Of a stretch of DNA of 64,000 bases, positions 23,829-35,170 are shown piece after piece (positions within the stretch are counted from its first letter, which is position 1; the number at the start of each line of letters is the position of its first letter). Under the pieces are notes generated by a model that saw only the letters and a program-made list of their open reading frames with translations, was not told the DNA's origin and ran no database searches. Origin of the DNA: an uncultured Nitrospinota bacterium (GTDB taxonomy: Bacteria > Tectomicrobia > Entotheonellia > J063 > CAVPRW01); assembly GCA_963707985.1 (NCBI GenBank), contig CAVPRW010000009.1:64001-128000 (forward strand). Direction: 5' to 3'. A program made the position numbers and the translations under genes.

Positions 23829-24669
23829 TGGCTTGCAGACGGCGGCGGAACGACGTCACGCCAACCAGCTCACACACCTCCACCGGCTCCGCAAGTCCCT
23901 TCACGGGCACCGGGCCCAGCGCCTTGACCTGGATGAACCCCTCGGCCAGCCGCTGCGTTTCCGCCGCCAGTCGAATGCTCCCCGGGGTGGCGAGCTGTTC
24001 CATGCGCGCGGCCAAGTGCGTCGTCTGGCCCACCGCCGTGTAATCCAGGGAGAGATCGCTGCCGATGCTCCGGACCACCACCTCCCCGGAATTGAGCCCG
24101 ACCCGGATCTGCACCTCGATGCCGTGGGCGCGGCGCACCTCCTCGCTGTAGCACCGAATCGCGTCCTGCATCGCGAGCGCCGCATAGCAGGCCCGTACGG
24201 CATGATCTTCATGGGCGATCGGCGCCCCGAATAGCGCCATGATGCCATCACCCATCACTTGGTTGACCGTGCCCTCATAGCCATGCACCGCGGCCATCAT
24301 CCGCTCCAGCACTGGGTCGAGGAGCTGGCGGGCTTCCTCGGGGTCACGGTCGGCCAGCAACTCCATCGACCCCTTCAGGTCGGCGAACAGCACAGTCACC
24401 TGCTTGCGCTCCCCTTCCAAGGCCCCACGGGAGGCGAGGATTTTCTCGGCCAAATGAGCGGGTGTATAGCTCAGCGGCGGTTGGGGGGCTGAGGGGGGGT
24501 GCGGCGTGGGTGTCTGCCCGGTGAGCGAGGGGGCACATTGCCCACAGAACTTCGCCTGGGGTGGATTCGCAACCCCACATTGCGGACAACGCCTCGTGAG
24601 AGGGGCCGCACATTCAATGCAGAACTTCATCCCCTCGGGATTGTCAGCCTCACAGCTCGGGCAGTGCAT
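23829..24669 (-). pseudogene. Double zinc-ribbon class III cyclase gene truncated at the IS21 junction
   Basis: CPSC..CIEC..CPQC..CGQC, TVLFADLKGS, MGDG; AAA and TPR parts lost. Confidence 0.85.
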
Positions 24670-24894
24670 GGGTGCGCCCTCCGGCACGGCCGTGTAGCGG
24701 CTGGGGATACGCGGCAAACCTCTCAATGCGCGCCATTGACATCGATGTAGGAGCTGAAGTGTCAGTACTCCAGGTGGGGCCAGGTGTCAAGCGAAAAGCA
24801 CGCGATGGCTGCATAGGCTGAAGCGGAGGGTGAGGGCTGACCGAGGAGACGGGGTGACCGCCACGCTGGTGGGCGGCTACCGCACCCTGCCCAA

Positions 24895-25382
24895 ATGCCT
24901 CACGGCCATCATCCGTATTGCTAACTCCGCAAACGTATAGAGATCCAGGAGGCCCGCGAAATTATATTCTTGTGACACTCTCCTCGGAGGGCTTTGGCAT
25001 AATCACCATCTCCCGTGCCAATGACGATGGGATAGCGAACCTAGCGGCAGAGCGGCGGCGGGCGATCGCGATGGCTTCCGCCAAGGTCATGGCGGGCAGG
25101 ATGTTGGTCGGAGGCCCCAGCATCGGCACGTGGCCCCGCCGATCAGACCTGCATCCGAGATGGTGTGGTGGGGCGCGCGAAACGGCCGGGTCGTGACCAA
25201 CGCCGTGCGGTTACCGGTGAGGCCCGCGACGCTGTGGATGCGCATGGTCTCAATGGCCTCTGCGAAGGTCATCACCGGCAGGATGGTGGTGAGTCGGCGT
25301 GCCAGCATCGACTTGCCCGCCCCTGGAGGCCCAAGGAGGAGGACGTTGTGGGCAGAACGCCTGCATCACATTTCGCTTCACC
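24895..25382 (-). repeat. comM-derived dispersed element, copy C (internally rearranged)
   Basis: [20 protein letters not shown]...[12 protein letters not shown]; both arms present. Confidence 0.88.
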
Positions 25383-25455
25383 AGTACCTCTCGGGCTGCT
25401 GATGGCCCCGCTGCGGAACCTGCTTGTTAAGCTGCCTCACCAGTAAGGGGCCATA

Positions 25456-28453
25456 TCATGACCATTCGTCAAGTAACGCCTTCGCCTCCTGCAGGTCGGC
25501 GGTGTCAAAGCCCTCAGTGAACCAGCCGTAGATCGGTGCCAGCAACTGTCGAGGCTCGTCCCGCTTGCCCTGCTGTTGCCACAGCCGACTCAGGCTCATC
25601 GCCGCCCGCAGCTCCAGGGATTTGGCCTGCTGGCGGCGGGCAATGTCGAGGGCCTGGTGGAAGCAGGCTTCGGCCTCTGCATTAGGCTCCGCAGCGTACG
25701 CCACCAGTAACTCGCCTTTGAGCCGATACAGCTCCGCTTCGTAGAAACGTCCCCCGGTTTTCTCCGCTGCGGCGAGCGCCTCGGCCAGCACGTGCAGTCC
25801 CTTTTCGATCTGGCCTATCCCCCCATAGGCCTCAGCCAAGAGCGCCAGAAAGAGTGGCCGTCGCACCTCTCCCCCGATAGCCTGCAACGCCGCCAGACCC
25901 TGGCGCATCTGCTCAACGCCTGCCGTTTCCTGCCCCGACGCGAACAGCGCCCACCCGCGTAGGATCATCCCGCTCGCCAACAGTTCCGCAAACCCCTGCT
26001 CCGCCGCGAGCGCCATGAACGCCTCTTGGACGGCCTGCCTCTCCCGCCGGAACAGGTGGAGCAGGGCAACAGATTGAAGGGCACCAGCCAGGCCCGCGGG
26101 GTACACGAGCTCCCGGGCTAGGGTGAGTCCCTTGTCGCTTTCCTGGAGGGCCTGGCCTGGATAGCCCAGCGCCCACAGGGTCCAGGCCATGTAGGCCTGG
26201 CAGCACTCCCCAGGGTCATGCCCACCATATAGGAAGGCATGAGAGCGGTGCCGTTGAGGGTCGTAGAGGGCCATCCCCTGCGCCAGGTGTCCTCGGGCAG
26301 CGACCAATTCTCCGAGATAGAACAAGGTGGGCCACAGCGCGTGGTGGTATAGTGATGCGCCAGCAGCTCGGGTTGCGTCTCGACGATCTCAGGGAACCGA
26401 GATTCCAGCACCTGGGCAATGCGCTGGTGGTACTGTTGGCGGGTAGTCTTGAGTAGCGACTGATAGGCCGCGTCCTGAATCATGGCATGCTTGAAGAGGT
26501 AGGTGGCCTGCGGCGGCACACCCCGCTGGTACAGGAACTCCGCCTCCACCAACTGGTGCAGTCCCCGTTGCAAGGTGTCATCGTCCCACGGTCGAGATGG
26601 CCTGCACCAGCTCGTAGGCAAACTCGCGTCCCAGCGTCGCCCCGAGTTGCGCCAGGCCTTTCACCGTGGCCAGGCGGTCCAGCCGCGCCATCAGCGAGTC
26701 GTGTAGCGTGGTGGGAATCGCCAGCGGGGGCAGGGGCCCGGTCAGCTCATAGCGCTCCTCGCGCTCCTCGGAGCAGACCGGACTCCAGGACCATCTTGGT
26801 CAGCTCCTCCACAAACAGCGGCACACCATCGGTCTTGGCCACCACCTGCTCGACGACCTCCGCCGGCAGCGCCTTGCCATGCGCCACTCGGCCGGTCATC
26901 TCCGCGGCCTGGCGCCGCGGCAAGCGCGGCAGCGTCATCTGGGTGAGGTGCGAGCGCCCCATCCAGGGTGGGCTGAAAGTCGGGCCGACAGGTGAACAGC
27001 GCCAGGACGCGCGCGGTCGGACCTTGGTCGACCAGGAGACTGAGCAGCTCCAGCGTGGAGGGATCGACCCAGTGCAGGTCTTCCACGACGAAGAGCACCG
27101 GCTGCTGGGCGGCGATCGCGCAGCAGGATGGTCAGGAAGGCGTGCAGCGTGTGCTGCTTCTGCTGCTCGGACGACCACGGTCAGGGGGGCATAGTCGACG
27201 CCCAGCGGCAGCGAGAGCAGGGCGGCAAACAGCGGCACGACCTCCGCCAGCGGCAGGCCGTACTGCACCACGAACCCCTCCAGCTTGCGGCGCTTCTGAT
27301 CGGGGACTCCTCCCGCCCGAATTGCAGCACCACCCGTTCCAGGAGATCGATCATGGGGTATAACGCGGTGTTTTGGTGATAGGGCGAACACTGGCAGGGC
27401 GTCAGCCACACCTGGGGCTCGGCGGCCACCTGCCCCTCCAGCACCTGCACCAGGCGCGATTTGCCGATGCCGGCTTCACCGCTGAGCAGCACCACCTGCC
27501 CGAGGCCCTCCTTGACCTGCGCCCAGCGCTCCCTCAGCAGCCCCACCTCCTGCTCGCGCCCCACCAGGGGGGTCAGGCCGGTGCTGCCGGCTGCCTCCAT
27601 GCGGCTGCGGGCGGTGCTCTCCGACACCACCTGATAGACCTCCTGCGGCTGGGCGAAGCCTTTGAGCGGCGGGCTGCCTAACGACTCGCAGGTAAAGAAT
27701 CCCCCGAGAAGCTGAGAGGTCACGGCGCTGATCACCAGGGTGTTGGGTGCGGCGAGCCCTTGCAGACGGGCGGCCAGGTTGGGGGTTTCGCCGAGGGCCA
27801 ACTGTTCCTGCCGGTTGCCTCCGCCCACGTCACCGACCACGACCAGCCCGGTATGGATCCCCAGGCGCACGGCCAGCTGCACCCCGCGCTCCTGCCCCAG
27901 GCGGGTATTGAGTTGCGCCATCGCCTCCACCATCCCAAGCCCGGCCCGCCCGGCCCGCTGCGCGTCGTCTTCGTGCGCCTGGGGGTAGCCGAAGTACACG
28001 AGCAGGCCATCGCCGAGGTACTGGGCGATATGCCCCTCATAGCGGGCGATCACCTTGGCGCAGGTGTCTTGATAGGCCCGCACCACCTCGCGCCAGTCTT
28101 CGGGGTCGAGCTGGCTGGCCAGCACGGTCGAGTCCACCAGGTCGCAGAACAGCACGGTGAGCTGGCGGCGTTCGGCCTCTGGGGCTCGGGGTTCGGTGGG
28201 AGGGGTATCCAGCTCTATACGTTCGGGAGGACCTGTCGGCTGGCTCTGTGGTCGCCTCCGCAGCTCTGCCCCAGACCAGCACCCGGTCATCCTCATCGCG
28301 CGCCACGCGTTCGGCGAGGATGAGCTCGTCCTTCAGCGCGGCAAGCTCCTCATCGTTGAGCTGATACCGCAGCTTCAAGGCCCGATACGACACCCGCCCT
28401 TGTCGGTGGAGAAGTTCGCGGACCTGTGCCAAGAGGGCATCAAAGTCCATCAT
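25456..28453 (-). pseudogene. Class III cyclase-AAA ATPase-TPR protein with multiple frameshifts and a deletion
   Basis: TVLFCDLVDST, LGDG, GEAGIGKS, EDLHW, FKHA and WFTEGFDT spread over at least six ORFs. Confidence 0.88.
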
Positions 28454-31400
28454 CGCCCTCCACGTGCACCAGCGCCGCTTCGGCCTGGGGCAGCCATAAC
28501 GTCATCTCCATAGCGTGGTACAGCGCGATAGCCGCAGACATCTCCGCATGGGCCTGCTGCCGCTGACCAGTCGTGGCGTAGAGGGTACCGAGGTCGCTGT
28601 GGCAGTGGGCCGCGAGCGGGCGCATGCCGAGCTCCTCAGCTAGGGCGAGGACCTGGCGGTAATGGGTGGCGGCCTCATCGATACTCGGGGGAGCGCGATG
28701 CGCGGCGATGTCGCCGAGGAGGCGCAGGGCATACGCCTGGTGGCCGCGTTCCTGGTGCGCGCGGGCGAGTGCCAGCGTCCGCTCGGCGAGGGCATGCGCC
28801 TCCTCCAGGCGGCCGGCCAGCAGCTGCGCCTCCCCCAGCGAGAGACCACAGAGCACCTGATGGCCCACCATGTCCGCTGCGATCGTCTGGTCGATCGCCC
28901 GCGTCAGCAGCGGCACCGCGTCGGCCACGCGCCCGCCCAGGGTATACGCTGCTCCCAACGCCGCAGCCATCCAGGGGAAATAGGCTGGAAGGTCCCCGTC
29001 CTGACAGAGCCCCGCCGCCTGTTCAAGTAAGGGCAGGGCTCTGGGGAGGTCGCCTTGGCGGAGAGTCAGCAGACCCATGCCCCATGAGGCGATCATGAGA
29101 CTCGCGGGGTGATTCATCGCCTCGGCCATCCGCACGCCTGCTTCCCCGTGGGTCCTGCCCTCCACGAAGGTGCCCAGCTCGGCGTGGCACGCCGCAAGCC
29201 ACGCTCTGGAGAGCACGACGGGCGGGATCACCTGACCAAAGCGCTCGTGCAGCCGCGCCCCGTCGAGGGCCGCGACGGTCTGCCCGAGACAGTCGATGGC
29301 CCGACGATAGTCGCCTTGGGCCTGGTAGGAGACCCCGAGGAGGTGACTCGACAGGGCCTGCAGGAGGATATCCCTGTTGGCCGTGGCGAGCCCCTGGGCG
29401 CGCTGGGCAGAGGCGATGGCCTGGTCATGCGCGCTCACATTGCGGAAATGGGCTGACAAAAAGAGCGAGACCTGTGCCAGCCGATGAGGGTCGTCGAGGC
29501 GCTCGGCGAGGGCCTCGGCTTCACGGAGAGCCCCCAGGATACGGCCAAAGTCGCCCAGCGTCAGGAGCGCCGAGCGCAGGGCTCGCCGCCGCTCGTGCAG
29601 CAGACTCCCGTACGCCACCTCGTGCGTCAGGGCATGCTTGAAGGTATAGTCCAGCTCGGGGAACAGGCGGGTCTCGTACAGGAACTCCGCCGCCTGGAGG
29701 TGCGCCAGGCCTCGGTGTAGCGCCTCTTCGGGCATGTCCGCAATGGCATGGAGCAGCGGCAAGGGCACCTCGGTGCCAATGACCGCGGCGGTCTGGAGCA
29801 AGCGCTTGTCCTCGGGCGGCAGGCGGTCGATGCGCGCGGCCAGGACGGCCTGGACCGTGGCCGGCACCTGAATCGTCGGCAGTGCCTGCACCAGGCGATA
29901 GGCCCCGGGCTCTCCCACCAGCACCCCGACCTCCACCAGGGTCCGCACGCTCTCCTCCAGAAAGAAGGGGTTGCCCTCGGTGCGAGCGATCAGCAGTGGC
30001 TTGAGCGGTGCCAGGTTGGGGTCCTCCCCCATGAGCGCCCCGAGCACCTCGTCCGCGCTCGCCGGCGGCAGCGGGTCGAGCCGCAGTTGCGTGTAGTAGG
30101 TCTTACTGCCCCAGCCGTGCCGGTACTCGGGGCGGTAGTTGACCAGCAGCAAGAGACGGGCCGTCGGCAGGCCTTCGACGAGGCGGTCGAGCAGCGCCTG
30201 GGTCTCGCTATCGATCCAGTGCAGGTCTTCGAAGATCAGCTGCAGAGGTTGCGCCTGGCTCTCGCGCAGCAGCACGCGCGTGAGCGCCTCCAGGGTGCGC
30301 CGGCGCCGCTGCGGCGGATCGAGCGCCTGCCATTGTGGGTCCTCGACCGGCACGTCGAGGAGCGCCAGGATCGCCGGCAGCGTCGACTCCAGGGTGCGAT
30401 CCAGCGTGAGGAGCTTGCCGGTCACCTTCTCGCGCCGCGTGCGCGCCTCGTCACGGGCCTCGATGCTGACATAGGCCTTGAGCAGGTCAATGACCGGGAG
30501 ATACGCGGTGGCCCTGCCGTAGGACACGGAGTGAGTCTCCAGGATCAACCAGCCGTGGGCGCGATGGGAGTGCATGAACTCCCAGAAGAGCCGGGACTTG
30601 CCCACGCCGGGCTCGCCGATCATCGCCACCACCTGGCCCTGACCGCCGCTGGCCCGCTCGAGCGCCGATCGGAGCTGGTCCAGTTCGTTGTCGCGTCCCA
30701 CAAAGCGGGTCAAGCCCCGTACCGCAGCCGCCTGGAGTCGTGTCCGTACCGCGCCGGCCCCTAGCACCTCATACACGTCCACCGGCACACTCAACCCCTT
30801 CACCGCTACCAGCCCCAGCGCGTTGACCTGCACATACCCTGCGACCAAGCGCAGCACGTCGCCAGTGATCAAGATCGAGCCCGGCATCGCCATCTGTTCC
30901 ATACGCGCGGCCAGGTGCGTGATTTGTCCGACGGCGGTATAGTCCATGTGCAGGTCGCTGCCAATCGACCGTACGACCACCTCGCCGGTATTCAACCCGA
31001 CCCGGATGTGGAGGGGTACGCCACGGGTCCGCTGGACCTCGCCGGCATACTGCTTGACCGACGCTTGCATGGCGAGCGCGGCATAGCAGGCCCGCACCGC
31101 GTGGTCCTCGTGCGCGATCGGCGCGCCGAACAGGGCCATGATGCCGTCGCCCATGACTTGGTTGACCGTGCCCTCGTAGCGGTGGACGGCGTCCATCATG
31201 CGTTCGAGCACCGGGTCGAGGAGCTGGCGCGCCTCCTCGGGATCGCGGTCGGCGAGTAGCTCCATGGAGCCTTTGAGATCGGCAAACAGCACGGTGACCC
31301 GCTTGCGCTCGCCTTCCAGGGCGGCGCGGCTGGCCAGGATTTTCTCGGTGAGGTGGGCGGGGGTGGAGGCGCGGGGTGCATGCCCCTGCACCGGCGCTGG

Positions 31401-31631
31401 GGCTGCGGGTGGCGGAGTCGAGGGTGGCGGAGTCGAGGGGGCGTCGCCGATCCACACCAGCACTTCCCCATCCTCGTCCACGGCGAGGCGCTGCCCTTTG
31501 ATGATCTCGGCCTTCAGGTCCTCTAGGGCGTCATCATCGAGCTGGAACTGCCGTCGGAGCGTGCGATAGGTGACGCGGCCTCGACGTTGGAGCATGCCTA
31601 GGGCGTGGTCAAGAATCTCCTCAAAGGTCAT
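28440..31631 (-). CDS. Class III adenylate/guanylate cyclase-AAA ATPase-TPR protein
   Basis: 1063 aa; ADLKGS, MGDG, GEPGVGKS, EDLHW, GNPFF, TPR-like tail; probable in-frame deletion after HERRRA. Confidence 0.9.
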   Translation of the reverse strand: MTFEEILDHALGMLQRRGRVTYRTLRRQFQLDDDALEDLKAEIIKGQRLAVDEDGEVLVWIGDAPSTPPPSTPPPAAPAPVQGHAPRASTPAHLTEKILASRAALEGERKRVTVLFADLKGSMELLADRDPEEARQLLDPVLERMMDAVHRYEGTVNQVMGDGIMALFGAPIAHEDHAVRACYAALAMQASVKQYAGEVQRTRGVPLHIRVGLNTGEVVVRSIGSDLHMDYTAVGQITHLAARMEQMAMPGSILITGDVLRLVAGYVQVNALGLVAVKGLSVPVDVYEVLGAGAVRTRLQAAAVRGLTRFVGRDNELDQLRSALERASGGQGQVVAMIGEPGVGKSRLFWEFMHSHRAHGWLILETHSVSYGRATAYLPVIDLLKAYVSIEARDEARTRREKVTGKLLTLDRTLESTLPAILALLDVPVEDPQWQALDPPQRRRRTLEALTRVLLRESQAQPLQLIFEDLHWIDSETQALLDRLVEGLPTARLLLLVNYRPEYRHGWGSKTYYTQLRLDPLPPASADEVLGALMGEDPNLAPLKPLLIARTEGNPFFLEESVRTLVEVGVLVGEPGAYRLVQALPTIQVPATVQAVLAARIDRLPPEDKRLLQTAAVIGTEVPLPLLHAIADMPEEALHRGLAHLQAAEFLYETRLFPELDYTFKHALTHEVAYGSLLHERRRALRSALLTLGDFGRILGALREAEALAERLDDPHRLAQVSLFLSAHFRNVSAHDQAIASAQRAQGLATANRDILLQALSSHLLGVSYQAQGDYRRAIDCLGQTVAALDGARLHERFGQVIPPVVLSRAWLAACHAELGTFVEGRTHGEAGVRMAEAMNHPASLMIASWGMGLLTLRQGDLPRALPLLEQAAGLCQDGDLPAYFPWMAAALGAAYTLGGRVADAVPLLTRAIDQTIAADMVGHQVLCGLSLGEAQLLAGRLEEAHALAERTLALARAHQERGHQAYALRLLGDIAAHRAPPSIDEAATHYRQVLALAEELGMRPLAAHCHSDLGTLYATTGQRQQAHAEMSAAIALYHAMEMTLWLPQAEAALVHVEGDDGL

Positions 31632-32044
31632 GGCCGACCCTCCACCGCGCTGGCGCGTGCGCCAGCGGATGGCAAGCGCCTCATCAGCATCGCCTCACAT
31701 GGTCAGAGCACCGCGAGTATACCAGGAGCACGCGCGGGTGGAAGAACAAATTCACCGGGCTGCGCTCATCCGGTCAGGAGACCTGTCGAGCAGAAGGCCT
31801 CGGGCACCTGCTTGCGCTCTCCCCTACACGATGCCCTCGTGTCTATCGTCTGGCATGAGCCCTCTCCAAGGTGATGCCGACATGCCGCCCCTCCTCGCGG
31901 TCGAGCACCCTGGGTAGAGCAGACACAGCTCCTCGCGATGCGCATCCATTTGTAAAAAATGTCCCCTGCATGATGATGTACTGGCTCGGGATAGCAAGCA
32001 AGCTGCCGAGAGAGCTGGGTGACGCTTTTACAAGACGGCTGTCG

Positions 32045-32120
32045 ATCATCCCCCCGTCCGAGATGGTGTGATGTGATGCGAGGTGCGAAACTGATTCGTC
32101 GTGACTAACGCCATGTGTCC
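32045..32120 (-). repeat. comM-derived element, copy D (short, highly degenerate)
   Basis: ALVTTNQFR and HHTISDGGMI read across a frameshift. Confidence 0.55.
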
Positions 32121-32421
32121 GCCAGGACGGTTCATGACACACCATCGATGGTGGGAGCCCCGCTCTCCGGCCTTTTAAGGATGTCGAGACGGGCCTTGAG
32201 CGGGCAATTTAATCTTGTCGCACGAAATTATGTCGATGATGATCTATTTGGCATGCCTCACAGTTGACGGCCGGACCAAAAGTGATTACATTGATTACAA
32301 TTCCTCGCCGGGATAGCGGTTTGAAAAGCTTCAAGTCCTAACTGACTTGGCGCTTTTTTCATCGGCGACTCGGCGACTACAATTGATCGTCGTCGCAATT
32401 TGGGGACACTCGGAATCACCG

Positions 32422-32458
32422 AAGCCCAGAGGGCCTTTTTGGCTCTCTGGGCTTTTTG
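32422..32458 (+). terminator. Rho-independent terminator-like hairpin upstream of the RHH gene
   Basis: aagcccagagggcc-ttttt-ggctctctgggcttttt. Confidence 0.55.
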
Positions 32459-32484
32459 GGGTCTTTTGTCACAGGAGGTCGTAG

Positions 32485-32703
32485 ATGCACACGACCGTCG
32501 TTTCGGTCCGACTAGCTCCGGCGCTGCTATCCAAGCTGGATGAGTTGTGTCAGGCCTGCGCCCAACGGCGCGCACACATGTTGAGGTGGCTCATCGCCAG
32601 CGCCGGCCTGGAGGCGTCTGTGGCAACTCCTGCTGCAGAATGGCCCGGACACGTCGGCGCCCGATGTGGCAGACACAGAGGGCGCCAAGAAACATGCAAA
32701 TGA
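32485..32703 (+). CDS. Small ribbon-helix-helix (CopG-like) DNA-binding protein
   Basis: AGGAGG RBS; TTVVSVRLAPALLSKLDELC...RAHMLRWLI pattern. Confidence 0.6.
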   Translation: MHTTVVSVRLAPALLSKLDELCQACAQRRAHMLRWLIASAGLEASVATPAAEWPGHVGARCGRHRGRQETCK

Positions 32704-32780
32704 CCACACATAACGCGTTGCACGTGACATCTCTCGTGGTTCGCGAGCGTCCAAACCAGTGCTCCCGCAACGGTTCGTGC

Positions 32781-34048
32781 ATGCTCAGTACAGCTCGTCA
32801 TGAAAAACTACCCAAATTGGCTTGACTTTGAGGACGCATGCCGCTATTCCTGGGCCAGCCACCACCACACAGCTGGGCGGAGAATGCTCTGGCACGCGGC
32901 CGGCAGTCATCATGGCGTCTCGTCCTCTCCCCTGAAGAGCGCCAGACCTTGGAACGGTGGCAACGATCGACCACTATGACGGCAGGGCGGGCACGCCGGG
33001 GGAAAATTATCCTGTGACTGGCCACGGGGTACTCCCCATCCGACGTGGCGCAGTCGGCTGGTGTGCAACGGGCCGTCGTCCGCACGTGGGCCACACGGTG
33101 TCTCGCCCAGCGCCTGGATGGCCTCGCTGACGCCCCCGGCCGTGGGGCCAAGGGCGGGTTTCCCCCCGGAAGTCGCGATCCACGTCGTGCGCCTGGCCTG
33201 CGAGCGCCCAGATGCGCTGGGCCGCCGTCTCTCCCCGTGGGATGGTGTCAAACGGGCGCACCACCGTATCGCGGAGAGGATTGTTGAGGACATCTCCGCC
33301 GCCACCGTGCGGCGGATGCTGGCCGACCATCACCGCAAGCCTTGGCGTCATCATCGCTGGCTGTATCCCAAGCACCCCCGGGACGCCGCCTTGTATACGA
33401 CCATCTCCGAGCTCATCGACCTCTACACGCACCCACTCCGTGCTGACGAGAGGGTGTGATCCGTGGACGAGAACACCGCTTTGCCGCCTCGTCCCCGCCT
33501 ATCCGCTACGCGGCCCGCTCAACCTGGGAACATGCCGAATCGGTACGCGCACGCATACAAGCGCCGCGGGGCCGTAAATTGATGTGCCGCCTTCGAGACC
33601 CGTTCGGGAACCGTCTATGGGCCATGCGACCCCCGCAAACGTCAGGCGGAATGCATCGCCTTTCTGGCACAATTGGACGGGGAGATTGACGAACACATGA
33701 CGACGATTCATCTCGTGTGCGATCATGTCAGTACACATCACGGCCAAGAAGTCCGCCACTGGTTGGTGAAACATCCACGCGTTGTGGTGCACTTCACGCC
33801 TGTTCACGGCTCCTGGATGAATCAGGTGGAGCAGTGGTGCAGCATCTTCCAACGCACACGCGTGCGTATCGCTGATGTTGCCTCGAAAGACCATCTCCAA
33901 TCCAAGATCGACCAGTTCCTTCGTGAATGGCATGAGCACGCACATCCGTTCAACTGGTCCACGAAATCCGTGGCGAAGGTCATGGCCAAGGTCCCTGCCA
34001 TGGCCGCATGATATTGGATACTCAATCATGACGAGCTGTACTGAGCAT
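32781..34048 (+). mobile_element. IS630-family element with inactivated transposase
   Basis: 23-bp perfect inverted repeats atgctcagtacagctcgtcatga (32781-803, 34026-048); FTPVHGSWMNQVE, PFNWS and HTH pieces with stops and frameshifts. Confidence 0.9.
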
Positions 34049-34442
34049 CGGTCGTGCGGCATACATGCCTGGGGTGTTTCGGTCAGTCGGCTCGTATACC
34101 GTCGATGTCCATATTAACGGGGAGAAGGTGACCAGGGGGTTCTTCGAAGTCTATGAATGGGCCCGTCCCAGTGACGGCGCAGACCTCCGTGGTGGTCGAG
34201 GAACTTAAGGCGTAACAGAACTCCCGGCCTCGGTGTCGCTGCTGATAGGCGCCTCCGAGCAGCCAACCGCCCGGTGATCACTGCTGGACCGCCGGGGCCA
34301 GGGCTGACACCGCAGGCGTGAGCCCTGGCGTGAAGGTGCCCAGGAGGACGGAGGCTAGGCCTCAATGGCGCGCGAAACAGTCGAACCAGACCCCGACGTA
34401 CACGGAAGGTTAATTTTTTCAGACCGACCTGTCCCTCAAGCC

Positions 34443-34748
34443 CTAACCTAGCGAAGGGCGATTTTTTGGCCAAGTAAGGCCGCTCTGGGGCTCAAAGCGG
34501 CAGGGAATCAATCCGTCGTGATGGCCCGAACACGTAAAACGGCGTTTCAGGCGGCGGGAAAGTGCGTAGAAACCACTTACTGCGAAGTTTTGAGCACACT
34601 GAAGAGTTAAACCTGAGTCAAAAGACAGTGGAATGAGGGCGAAATGCGTGGTCAAACGGGGAACACGAACTTTTGGCGCGTATTCCGGCACCGTGGGGGG
34701 CGTCGCTCAGTGTCTGCCTGGCCGAATTTTTGGGCTTCGCTAGGTTAG
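34443..34748. mobile_element. MITE-like ~306-bp element
   Basis: Terminal inverted repeats with a 14-bp perfect core ctaacctagcgaag, extending imperfectly to ~30 bp; no transposase inside. Confidence 0.7.
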
Positions 34749-34991
34749 TGCCCCTCACTCGAAACGCGCCCACGCCACTCGCCAGTGGTGACAACCCCAG
34801 CCGTCCCACGCTCAGCCCCCCCAGGCCTTGTTTCATCATGGTGCCATGAGTATCACCCCAGGCAGAAATCTCTCGGCCCAGTTGACCATGACGGCGAGGC
34901 AGCCGCAATCCCTGCAACGTCTGGATGAACCTGGACCACTACGATCACGCATGTGATCCAATGCGCCCAGATGGTTGCCATGTGGTGTGAC

Positions 34992-35170
34992 ATTGACGTG
35001 ATCGTCGTCACCAACATCGTCTTCTCGCCCTCAGATGCATCGATCACAGCCGCCTGAAGGTCATCCCCAGAGATCGGGTGCGATCGGCGTATCGAGGCCA
35101 TCGTCATCACCGGCAGCGTCGTCTCGCCCTCAGGCGCATCGATCACAGCAGCCTCAAGAGCATCACCAGG
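34992..35170. repeat. 99-bp tandem repeat, ~1.8 units (locus 1)
   Basis: tctcgccctcag(a/g)(t/c)gcatcgatcacagc at 35023 and 35122. Confidence 0.85.

Noticed and set aside
11211..25382. Functional comM gene
   Set aside because: Only internal segments with stops or frameshifts; no N- or C-terminal domains.
19198..30764. Long antisense ORFs (e.g. 19198-20406, 29748-30764)
   Set aside because: Shadow frames of GC-rich genes on the opposite strand with no recognisable motifs.
34370..34435. Phage cos/packaging-like sequence
   Set aside because: Vague resemblance only; no terminase, HNH or structural genes.
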